Shown piece by piece: positions 1 through 23,254 of a stretch of 44,031 bases of DNA (within the stretch, counting starts at the first letter, position 1; the number at the start of each line of letters is the position of its first letter). The stretch covers positions 1 to 44,031 of the forward strand of contig NIVC01004500.1 of NCBI GenBank assembly GCA_002269645.1, in the 5' to 3' direction. The notes below the pieces were generated by a model. It was not told the DNA's origin. It saw only the letters and a program-made list of their open reading frames with translations, and ran no database searches. The DNA comes from Macrostomum lignano (Eukaryota). A program made the position numbers and the translations under genes.

Positions 1-149
1 CACTTGATCGCAGACAATAAGCCAATTAAGTAAATAAAAAGTTATTCAAGTAGACAACTTAATAAATATCAGCACCAGATGTAGAAATACTTGCCGGAAT
101 ACCTGCTCTGAATTCTCTACTTAGTTGTCTTTTAGCCAGAAAGAGTTTT

Positions 150-412
150 CTATGGTCGAGAGTGCAAGGCTTTGTTGTCTATGGTCGAGAGCATGGCTTT
201 GTTGTTCATAGTCGAGAGTGCAAGGCTTTGTTGTCTATGGTCGAGAGCATGGCTTTGTTGTTCATAGTCGAGAGCGCAAGGCTTTGTTGTCTATGGTCGA
301 GAGCATGGCTTTGTTGTCTATGGTCGAGAGCATGGCTTTGTTGTTCATGGTCGAGAGTGCAAGGCTTTGTTGTCTATGGTCGAGAGCATGGCTTTGTTGT
401 CCATGGTCGAGT
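150..412. repeat. Minisatellite, about 9 units of 28-29 bp in two alternating variants
   Basis: Units ATGGTCGAGAGTGCAAGGCTTTGTTGTCT and ATGGTCGAGAGCATGGCTTTGTTGTTCAT read directly. They explain ORFs 162..446 and 218..439. Confidence 0.92.
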
Positions 413-1245
413 GCAGTTCTATGGCAGTGGCTGCTGTAAAGTCTGAAGACTGCGGTTTAAGCTGAGCGAGAATAATACGCGAGGCCTAAACTGGCCAAGT
501 TAGCGATTATATATTTGAGGTTCTAAAAGTGAACAATACGATGTACATGAATTATGCAAACCAAGATGTACATTTATGCTAGAATATAACTCACTCACTC
601 AGAACAAATCGATAACAATATTGCGAGGCACTTACAGCTGCATCGAGTGAGAATTCTCAACTTGATCGGGTTAATTATCGCCTACTACAGTTTGGTGCAC
701 CGAAACAACGAGGCAACCTCTTAAGTAAGTCACCGAGTGGCATGCGGACCTTTTAAGATATTTTTAGCTGCTGTGGCCATTTACGGCATGAGCAGCCCAC
801 CCATTTCAATCGAATCGTTGAGCACACTATTCTAAAGCTTGAAATTTGTTACGAAAGAAAGCGAGAATTTTTTTATTTATAAAAGGGCGGATCTTTATCT
901 GATTGGCAGCGTGAAACCCGAGTGACCCATGGCGGATGCGAAGATCAGTGGCCTCTTTCTACGTCTTTTTCTCAGAAATCCGACACCGTTCCTAACTATC
1001 TTGCGTATACGGGATTCGAGCAGGCAAATTTCCTTTTTGTATCCGGGCTTTTAGATAATATCATCCCCATGCGGCGCTTGGGATTTGAGACATAGCTCGG
1101 CTATAATATCGCTTCTGTTTGCGTTTCGATAATTCCGTGCGTGTGCTGAAGTACTGCTGCGAGTCAAAGCGCTTTTAAGTTAGAGAACTGGCCTTTGAGG
1201 CAACGGTTGTGGCCTTGTAGAAATAATACTAGGTTCTTCTGACTG

Positions 1246-1468
<223 letters not shown>

Positions 1469-2090
1469 GAGCATTATCTTATGTGTTTATCAGCCTGTTT
1501 TGCTGACCATCCTTGAAACCGGTTGTCAATGAATTGCACCAGCGCTTTATTTACCAATGACGATATTATCAGGGGCGGAAAATTCCACGGGAGGCCCTCG
1601 AAAGAGAATTAGGCTTGACCAAAGCGACAAAAATATTCCTTGGTCAGCACTTTTAGGCAGCTTTCAGCATTGAAGGCACTAAGTTTTCTGTTTAGAAAGA
1701 AGCCGTGGGTTAATCGAGAATGTACACGAAGATGTACGCTGGACTGACGACCCTCCCCTAGCCGCGAGGCCGCGCAGTTATATAGCATAAACGTGAAAAT
1801 TTTCAAGCCACGAAGTGTTCGGGCCAGTAATCTTATCTATCGCCTTTTAAACATTCGCCGTTCGCCTTGTTGTGGCTTTTGCTTCACCAGTAACTATAGG
1901 CAGTCTTCTGGCTTCAGTGCAGCTCAGTTCATTGGTAAGAAAAGTTTAAAATGTATTATTTCACACTCTTGGATTGCTAAACTTTCAAGAGCGCAATACG
2001 GTGTTAAATGGCGCTCAGTTCTATATCGATACGACATCAAAGAGCGCCTATTAGGCCATCGTTAGCGTTGATGCCATGTTTGAAGCACCG

Positions 2091-2733
2091 AGGGAGTTGT
2101 AACCTCGTTAGGGGGTTGTAGCCTAGTTAGTGGGTTGTAGCCTAGTTAGGGGGTTGTAGCCTAGTTAGTGGGTTGTAGCCTAGTTAGGGGTTGTAGCCTA
2201 GTTAGTGGGTTGTAGCCTAGTTAGGGGGTTGTAGCCTCGTTAGGGGGTTGTAGCCTAGTTAGTGGGCTGTAGCCTAGTTAGGGGGTTGTAGCCTAGTTAG
2301 TGGGTTGTAGCCTAGTTAGGGGGTTGTAGCCTAGTTAGTGGGTTGTAGCCTAGTTAGGGGGTTGTAGCCTCGTTAGGGGGTTGTAGCCTAGTTAGTGGGC
2401 TGTAGCCTCGTTAGGGGGTTGTAGCCTAGTTAGTGGGCTGTAGCCTAGTTAGGGGGTTGTAGCCTAGTTAGGGGATTGTAGCCTAGTTAGGGGGTTGTAG
2501 CCTAGTTAGTGGGCTGTAGCCTAGTTAGGGGGTTGTAGCCTAGTTAGTGGGCTGTAGCCTCGTTAGGGGGTTGTAGCCTAGTTAGTGGGCTGTAGCCTAG
2601 TTAGGGGGTTGTAGCCTAGTTAGGGGGTTGTAGCCTAGTTAGTGGGCTGTAGCCTAGTTAGGGGGTTGTAGCCTAGTTAGGGGGTTGTAGCCTAGTTAGG
2701 GGATTATAGCCTTGTTAGGGGGTTGTAGCCAAG
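2091..2733 (+). repeat. 19-bp minisatellite (AGGGGGTTGTAGCCTAGTT / AGTGGGCTGTAGCCTAGTT), about 34 units
   Basis: Direct read. The last unit runs straight into the tRNA-like head of the SINE at 2718. Confidence 0.95.
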
Positions 2734-2997
2734 TGCTTAGTTAGAGCGTTGTTACAACTTGAAGGTCGGGGGTTCGATTACCGATCCCACTGGAACAATT
2801 TGTGTCCTTGAGCAAGACACTTAACTCTGCATTGCTTCAGTCCACCCAGCTGTAAAATGGGTGCCAGCATTAGCTGGGGTAATTGAGGCTGTGTGTGGCG
2901 ACCCCACAGTCCTTGGATTGAACAGCCATACCCAGCCCTCAGATGCGCCGCGCAATAGCTGTGGCTGAGCTGTCGGTTGCACAATTGTCCATTAGGG
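2718..2997 (+). mobile_element. tRNA-derived SINE, copy 1, with CORE/V-like central domain
   Basis: A-box-like TAGCCAAGTGC and B-box GGTTCGATTACC (2771). Core GTGTCCTTGAGCAAGACACTTAAC...CAGCTGTAAAATGGG. A second, inverted copy lies at 7564-7846. Confidence 0.85.
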
Positions 2998-3078
2998 TAC
3001 AAGTACCGGCAAGGATAAAACTAGCAATTGAAGTTCTGCACAATTTTTCCCATCCCTCGCAGCCAATTCAATCCCGGC

Positions 3079-6000
3079 ATGCGGCTGAGCGAGTCCGTCC
3101 AGCGCTGCCTGGGCCAGTTCGCCAAGTCCCAGTCGCGCCTCACCGCCTACTGTAACGGCGCCATCGGCGAGATCCAAAGCGGCCTCAAAGGCTGCCTTCT
3201 GCTGGAGCGCGGCCTCTGCCGGCAGGCGGCCCAGTCAGCGGAGGCCTCGCAAGCGGCCTCAGCCGAGCTGGCGAACCGCCGGCCGGGCCTCTTATTCAGC
3301 GGCCGAGGGGCGGTCGTCGACCTGGCCGCTTGCTTCTCTGGCGAGATTGGCGAATCGCTGGAGGCGCTGCGCAGCCGGCGAGTGCCAGCGAACGGCGGCC
3401 TGCTGTGGCTGGAGCACGACCCCGCTCTGCCTGACGACGGCCGCGTCGCCGTGGTGAAACGCCGTCGACTTCACCGGCAGCGGCCAGGCGATGCGGGCGA
3501 CCTGCGGCAGCGAAGCTTCATCGACTGGGTGGCCGCCCTGCAGTGGCTGGCCGAGGCCCAGACTGCCAGCAGCGACGAAGACGAATCGGACACCGGAGAC
3601 TGCGTCGAATACGATGACGTGTTTGACGACTGGGAGCTGCGGGCGAACTGCCCCGGCCTAGACAGCCTGCGGCTGGTGCTGGCGCCGCTTCTGACGCCGT
3701 ACACACGCCGCCGACTGCGCCGATTCATGCCAAGCTGCGCGATCTTCCTGCAGCGCCTGTCCTCTGACGAAGACGCCGGCGAGGCGGAGAGCGAGATCGG
3801 GGAGGCCGTTGAGCACGGCGTACTGCTGCACTTGGATGACACCCAGGCGACTGTCGCGCTGAAGCAGAGCCAGCTGCGGTTCGCCATCGACGCCAGGGTC
3901 TGTCCGGACTTCATCGAGACGAGCCGCGGCCTGGTTGACGCGGCTCTACGCGACTTTGTGAAAGACTCGGAGGAGCGACGGCATCGCCTTTTAGTCGATG
4001 GCGATTGGCAGCTGGACGGCCTGCTGAGCGAGCAGCTGAGCCAGCTGCAGCGAGACAGCCTGCGGCAGCTGGTGAAGAGCCTCACCGCGCTCAACGCAGT
4101 GACGCGGGGAATCCTCGTCAAGCGGCGCTCAAATGACTTCTCCGGCCAGGAGCAGCGCCGGCCGCAGCGCAGCTTCTTCGGCGACTTGCAGCGACTGCAG
4201 GAGTCGGCGGGCAAAGCGGCGAGCAGCTTTCAGCGCTCGTTTGAAAGCCGCCTTGGCAAACTGTCAGAGCAGATCCAGGCCCACCTGCGCCAGCAGGAGG
4301 TCAAAGACCGTCTCGCTTCGGCCTATGTTGCGCACAGCCTGCGGCACCCGCAGCTGAGCAAGGAGCAGCTACAGCGGTCCCTCATGGAAATGGTATCAGC
4401 GGAACTGCACGGCTGGAACCGGCACACCCGGATTCTGAGTGAGCTGGACCGCTGCATCGCCGAGTCACGAGTTCAGCACCTTCGGGCCCTGCGGCAGCAG
4501 GCGCAGTGCATCCCTGAGCTGCTTTTCTGCGTCCCCTCCGACTCGTTTTGCGCGCCGCCGCCCCCGTCTCCGACGCAGTCGTCCTCGGCTTCAACTTCCG
4601 GTGCCGCCTTCGAGATGGTCGGCGGTGGCGAGGATTTTGAGGGGAGTTTGAGCAGCCAGACGGTCATCAGCGTGGGCATCCGGCAGCTGGGCTGGCAGCC
4701 GATGCGGTCCAGTATGGCGCAGAGCTTGGCGGTGGGCATCGGCATGCCGCTGTTCGTCCCGCTGGCTGCCATCACAATGGCTATTATCTGGCCGGTGTCC
4801 GCAATCCGCCGTCAGCCGTCGAAACGACGGGCACCAAAGCGAAGGAGCGCGCACGAGTCACCCGAGAAGCTGCGCGACGACGCCTGGGACTACTTGGACA
4901 AACTCTCCAAAAACTTCATCAACAAAAACTTCTTTGTGCCCACGCGACGCTTCCTACAGCAGGACGTTGACAAGATGAGCAAGTTTGTGGACCGGTACTG
5001 CATTCTGCCGGAGAAGGCTCCGCAGCAGACTATGCAGCAGCACCAGCTTGACCCTTCAAGGCAGCTGGGGGAGCTCGAAAATCTCTACGTCCGCCTGCAG
5101 AACCTCATCGCCGATGCCAAGCTCTACGGAGCGGTGCAGCTGGGCGACGGAATGCTGCCACCGGAGAGCTGCAGACGCCTCGGCATTAGCACCGAGGTCG
5201 AGGACGCGATGCTCATTGGCGAACGAATCGGCAGCACATACTTCTCGGAAGTTTTCGCCCTGCCCCAGCAGCAGCCGCCTCTGGCACTGAAGCTGATCCG
5301 GTCGAACATGGCAGCCTCGGCGCTGCTCGAGGCAGAGATGCTCCGAGAGCTGGCCGATGACCCGCACCCGAACCTGCTGCCCGGCCTAGGCTGCCTGTAC
5401 TTTCCCAGGCTGAACCGCATCGGCCTCATGATGCCGCTGTGTAAGGGCAACCTTCGTCAACTGTTGAAGCAGCACCGGAAGCAGCTGGTGCCCGCGGTGG
5501 CGGACGACCCGGACGCCGTCTTGCCCGTCTGTCTCGGCCTCTACCAGCAGGTTCTCGCTGGCGTCCGGCACTTGCACCGGCTGCGCATCCTGCACCGCGA
5601 CCTCAAGCTGGAGAACGTGCTCGTCGACATCGGCGAGGCTACGGGCGCGCCACGCGACGCCCGGCTGCGCATCTGCGACTTCGGCTTCGCCAAGAACGAA
5701 GAGGCCATGTCCGGGGCGAGCTTCGCAGGCACGAAGGGCTACCTGGCGCCCGAGCTGGTGCCGCCCAGGCCGCAGTACTCCATCAAGTCGGACGTGTTTG
5801 CCCTGGGAGTGATGCTGTGGGAGTGCTACTACGGCACCTCCGCGCCTGCTGGCTCGCCGGAGTTCGCGCCGGCTCTGCTGGACGGCAACAAGAGCGTGGA
5901 TTTTCTCATCCGGCAGATGACGCACCACGCAGTGCTGGTGAGTGAGGCGGGGGGTGGTGCGTTTCCTACGCCTGTGTGCTCATGCTTATGTTCTCTTCCC

Positions 6001-6248
6001 TCTCTCCTCACTGCTTTCTGATTGGCTCTCATCTCTTCTTTTCTAAGTCATGTTTGACTGCATCTTGTACTCTCTACTCATGGACAACTCATGCAAAGGA
6101 AACATAGCTCAATCCCACATTGTCTTGGTAACTACAGGAGAGGCCACACGTGGAGCAGTGCATCGCCATGCTGAAGGTGCGGGATTGGGTGAACGGCAGC
6201 TGTGGAGATGCCTGCCTGGTCAACTACTCAGACAGTCTGCATGCTTGA
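3079..6248 (+). CDS. DSTYK (RIPK5)-like protein kinase, about 989 aa; exons 3079-5937 and 6138-6248
   Basis: Kinase motifs ALK, alphaC Glu (LEAE), HRDLKLENVL, DFGFAK, YLAPE, SDVFALG. GTGAGT donor at 5938 and TACAG acceptor at 6137 join ...MTHHAVL|ERPHVEQCIAML..., supplying the subdomain XI Arg; TGA at 6246-6248. HRDLKL.NVL, DFGF.K.E.MSG and the long helical N-terminus (PGLLFSGR vs DSTYK PCILILGQ) recall DSTYK. Acceptor CTCGCAG at 3062 precedes the ATG at 3079. Confidence 0.85.
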
Positions 6249-7563
6249 CAATGAGTAACTCGTGCTCACCATGCTCACAAATCTCCCAATATGAGGTATT
6301 TTATTCTCTATAAGAAGTACAATGCGCTATTATATGATGAATTAAGATGAATCCTACTAGATTGATAGCATATTCCTATAAGTTCTCATGTTTTTTGGCG
6401 ATCCTACTATCTTTGAGGTGTATTTCCCCCATATGCGTTATCGCGGCCATTCCTGTTGCTTCATGTCCTCATTATCTGCATCGGACTGATCAATCAAGTT
6501 GGAAATCAACTCCGAGGCCAATACAAATGAGGGCACGATGTCATTTTGCCAATATGGATTTTACTCTTCTAATAACAGCAGTGACCAGAGCAGTTCAATA
6601 TATTTGTGGGGGGGAGTGTGTAAACTGGACCCCAACTAGTTGAGCATAGCAAAGCAAAGAGCAAGCAAAACAAGTGAATTAACCAATAAAAAAGAGTCTG
6701 GGAAAAGCAGAGAAAATCGAAAGTAATTTTTTTCATCAGCAGCTGGCAGCCGAACAACACCTGGAGAAACTCGGCAAAGAAAGGCAGACGATTACGGCGA
6801 AAAAAAAAGAGAAAAAAGAGGCTGACCAAATTTCTGCAAATTCACCCCACATTTGACAAGCGCCTCAATGCAAAAAATTATTCAAAGGAAAGACAAAAAG
6901 CATATCTTAAAGAGAAAAGCATTGCGTGAAGGCCGACCACTATATGGCGCTTAGGGCCCCCTGCTCCCGCTGCGCTAGCGTGAGCGGAAATGGCAAGCCC
7001 TGCATCCGGTATTTGCCTGACTGGGCAACACTGCACGAGCCAGATCTAACCTTCCCCGTGCACTCAACTCAGGCTGGGAGCAGCTGCTACCAACTAAGAT
7101 TTGCAAACACCTCGGGCTGCATTGATGAGTATCTGTTGACCATTTTAAAAGTACGCCATTGTAGGTAGTTGAATGCAAAAATGCATTTAGCGATATACAA
7201 GCTGAAGTTTTCAGTTAATTATTGGCACTAAATTTCCATTCAAAGTTCAAGGACTACTCAACTAGAAGGACGGGAAAGTACGTTTCTTTTAAAATTTAAG
7301 AGGCAGGTTATACCGAGAAATTTTTTTACATAAATAGGCTTTCATTTTTTCAGTACAAAACATTGTCATTGCTTTTGATAGGAGGCAGACCCAATGATCA
7401 TCTTTTGATCTGTCTTGTCTTTCTTAAAGCTTTATTGATATTCATGAAGCTGTTCGTCCATGAAATTAGGATTCTACGTTATTTTATATCCTACGTACAA
7501 GTGCACTGTGCCTGAAAATAAAAAAATGGCATTGTTTTATGAGTTCATTCTATAATTCTTACC

Positions 7564-7846
7564 TTAATAATAATAACCTGCCCTAATGGCCAGATGTGCA
7601 ACCGACAGCTCAGCCGCAGCTATTGCACGGCGCATCTGAAGGCTGCGTACGGCTGTTCAGTCCAAGGACTGGGGGGTCGCCACACACAGCCTCAATTACC
7701 CCAGCTAATGCTGGCACCCATTTTACAGCTGGGTGAACTGAAGCAATGCAGAGTTAAGTGTCTCTTGCTCAATGACACAAATTGTTCCGAGTGGGTCAAG
7801 AATCGAACCCCCGACCTTTAAGTCGTGAGTTCTAGGCTACAAAGCC
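7564..7846 (-). mobile_element. tRNA-derived SINE, copy 2, inverted relative to copy 1
   Basis: Reverse complement aligns to 2718-2997 over about 260 bp. B-box GGTTCGATT; (TTA)n tail at 7564-7576; shortened D-arm region. Confidence 0.85.
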
Positions 7847-8639
7847 TTAATAAATGTGCAACAAAAGGTGTAGCAGAATGATAAAATAGGTTAATAAATC
7901 CCATATGAGTCGAGTTCTGCTATTTTTTATGATTTTTTTAGGCATATGACATGCACGTAAGATATAAATTTAACACAGAATCCTAATTTTACAAACGAAA
8001 AGCTCCATGAATATCAATAGAGCCATACTCGTAAGAAAGGCAAGGCATATCAAAAGATAAACATCGAGTCCTCCTCCCATCAAAAGCAGTAACATTCTTT
8101 GTGCTGATGAAATGATAACTTTCATTCTCCGTAATGCTTTTTTTTAGTAAAACCTGCCTACTAAAATGTTCTCTCTTCATTTTCAGCCAAGGACCACTGT
8201 AGTATAACAGGACGTAGATAACAAAATCCCTGATTGCATTTCATTTGGAGCAGTGGGGATTGCCATTATTTTAATTTAACATGCACAATATGCTATTTTT
8301 TCTTATCTCCGCAGGGTACTCGTATTTTTCTAAGAAATAGGCCTCTAAAATGTACACGATCTTTGAGTTTTGCGCCCCGTTAAACTATAATGGTGCCTGT
8401 TTTAAACCTTGCGCATAACTTACAATGCAATATGAACTATTTGCACCAAAATCCGATCTGCAGCGATATTTGCACAATTTACCAAGTGCAACGAGGGTGA
8501 GAACAGTGAACTTGAGCTCACTCAAACGATCACTCAAATTAGAAGAATGGGACGGTCTTGGAAAACTTTAGCAGGACTCCCGGAGCGAATTCAAATTACT
8601 GCATGGGAGCAGAAATGTCGAACGGCTACCAGAGGGCGG

Positions 8640-21226
<12,587 letters not shown>

Positions 21227-21513
21227 AGTTCCTTTTCAAACCTTTTTAATCAATGTAATATATTTCTATTGCATCCACAAAAACCGGCGGCACGTCGCTG
21301 ACCCTCCAAATTAAAAAAATGTTTGCAGAAATTTCTTGTCAAAATTTATTTACACTAGCAGCACCGTAAAACAAAAACACTTTTGAAAACGAACTATTTA
21401 TGGCTTTAAAAGGTTTGTAATTGCAAATAGCTTTTCAAAACTTTTTTAATTGCATTTAATGATATTTTAGGTTATTTTACTCTTTGACAAATATCTGTTT
21501 TAAATTGCTTTAA

Positions 21514-23020
21514 TGTAAAAAAATGAAGGGCCGAGACTAACATTTGAACTTTCAGCCGTCGAGAGTGCCAAGTCAGAGCGCGAACTCTTATTAACAATCG
21601 ATGATTTATATTTATATTGGTTACTTATCAGTCATTAAAACAAAAGTTTCATTATAAAATTATCTTGCAAAATAACATAAATTACATACAGTAAAAAGTA
21701 CAGTGAGATAAATACTATATAAATACTATAATACCAATACAACCTGATAAGAGTAAATACGAAATTATTTACTTTTAAATTACATACGCAGATATGTTAC
21801 ATTATCCTCCTCTTAGAAAAGACAATGTCCACATTGTCAAAAGTACAATTAACAAAAGAGTAGAATACAAAGTATAGAAAATAACTATTAAATATACAGT
21901 ACATGCTAAATTTTGAGCAAAAAAAAGATTGAACTCGCATTCCCAACTAGACATCGCAATGAGGTGACAGAACACATTTCAAAACAATGGTCTGGACCAA
22001 AAGAGAAGCTAGTTAACCAACACAAAAACCAGAACCCAACAGGGTTAGCAGAGCCCTGGGTTCTCCCCACCACAACCAGTGCAGAGCACAGCATGAATGA
22101 AGCAAAAAACACTTTATTAATAAAAGGAATTTGCCTGTGCACACTATTGTGATACACTGCCATTGGGTGAAACCTTACAAAACACAGAAGAAAATACAGT
22201 ACAACATTGAAAAATTATTTGAAAAGTAAAGTACATCATGGCAATTGCCAAAATTCAGTATAAAGTACATATGAAGGAATTACAGTAAGTATATAAATTA
22301 ACAATTAAGTACAGTTACATTAAAATCAATCAACAAAGCATAGGAATTGGAAAATGCAGCTTCCTGGTTCTGGACTTTAGAACAGCATAATTACAAATTT
22401 AAAAACAAAATTTTGCTCTGAACTGGGTACACATCTACATGTACATTCTACAGCTAGTATTGTATTTGAACATAGATGCTTTTAAGAAAACAAATATAAT
22501 ATTCGAAATCACTCAGCGACTGACAGTATCTGCAGCACCTGTCCTTTGGCAGCATCTTCGGCACCTGTGATTTTGTTGGCCTGGCTCGCGGCTGGCTGAC
22601 ATACTGGTTGGCGTCGGCTAGCTGGACGCGCGCTGCATGCTGATGTGATTGGCTGCGTTGCTGTACATTTGCGGTCGATCAGAAGATTCAGCGGAGTCCT
22701 TCATGGAATCCGAGTTCTGGTGTGGTCGCCATTGTAAAAAAATGAAGGGCCGAGACTAACATTTGAACTTTCAGCCGTCGAGAGTGCCAAGTCAGAGCGC
22801 GAACTCTTATTAACAATCGATGATTTATATTTATATTGGTTACTTATCAGTCATTAAAACAAAAGTTTCATTATAAAATTATCTTGCAAAATAACATAAA
22901 TTACATACAGTAAAAAGTACAGTGAGATAAATACTATATAAATACTATAATACCAATACAACCTGATAAGAGTAAATACGAAATTATTTACTTTTAAATT
23001 ACATACGCAGATATGTTACA
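21514..23020 (-). mobile_element. Non-autonomous LTR retroelement (TRIM-like), 1507 bp, with identical 288-bp LTRs
   Basis: 21514-21801 and 22733-23020 are identical and bounded TGT...ACA. On the minus strand, PBS TGGCGACCAC (22731-22722) sits 1 nt after the 5' LTR and PPT AAGAGGAGGATAA (21814-21802) abuts the 3' LTR. The 931-bp interior has no gag/pol ORF. The TSD is not clean (TTAA vs TTAT). Confidence 0.85.
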
Positions 23021-23254
23021 TTATCCTTGCAAATGAAATTTTGCTCTCTAAAATGACGAAAACAACCTTTTCTGCTTTCTTTCATTCTATTGCTAATCGA
23101 CTGCCTCATTACTTATTATTCACTGTTTTACTGGGGTGTAATTTTTCTATATTTTTACAGCAAGCTGTTTTTTATTTATAGATTGATTTTCTATTTCTTT
23201 TAAAGATAAAGCTTTTTCCTAGGCCGATTCTCAATGAATTCACCCTAAAGTCTA

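Noticed and set aside
2091-2733. Telomeric or telomere-derived repeat
   Set aside because: TTAGGG occurs within the unit, but the period is 19 bp and the unit is explained by the adjacent SINE head.
2718-2790. Functional tRNA gene
   Set aside because: A and B boxes are present, but no convincing cloverleaf or acceptor stem is seen. The sequence continues into a SINE body found twice in the window.
3028-6021. 997-aa single-exon kinase ORF as given, or a bacterial horizontal transfer
   Set aside because: The TTG start precedes a splice acceptor, and the last 28 codons are intron read-through. A GT-AG intron restores the kinase C-terminus, and composition matches neighbouring host exons.
3292-6032. 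Long antisense and alternate-frame ORFs over the kinase (e.g. 3471..4214, 5386..5928)
   Set aside because: These are expected shadows of GC3-rich coding sequence, with no recognisable motifs.
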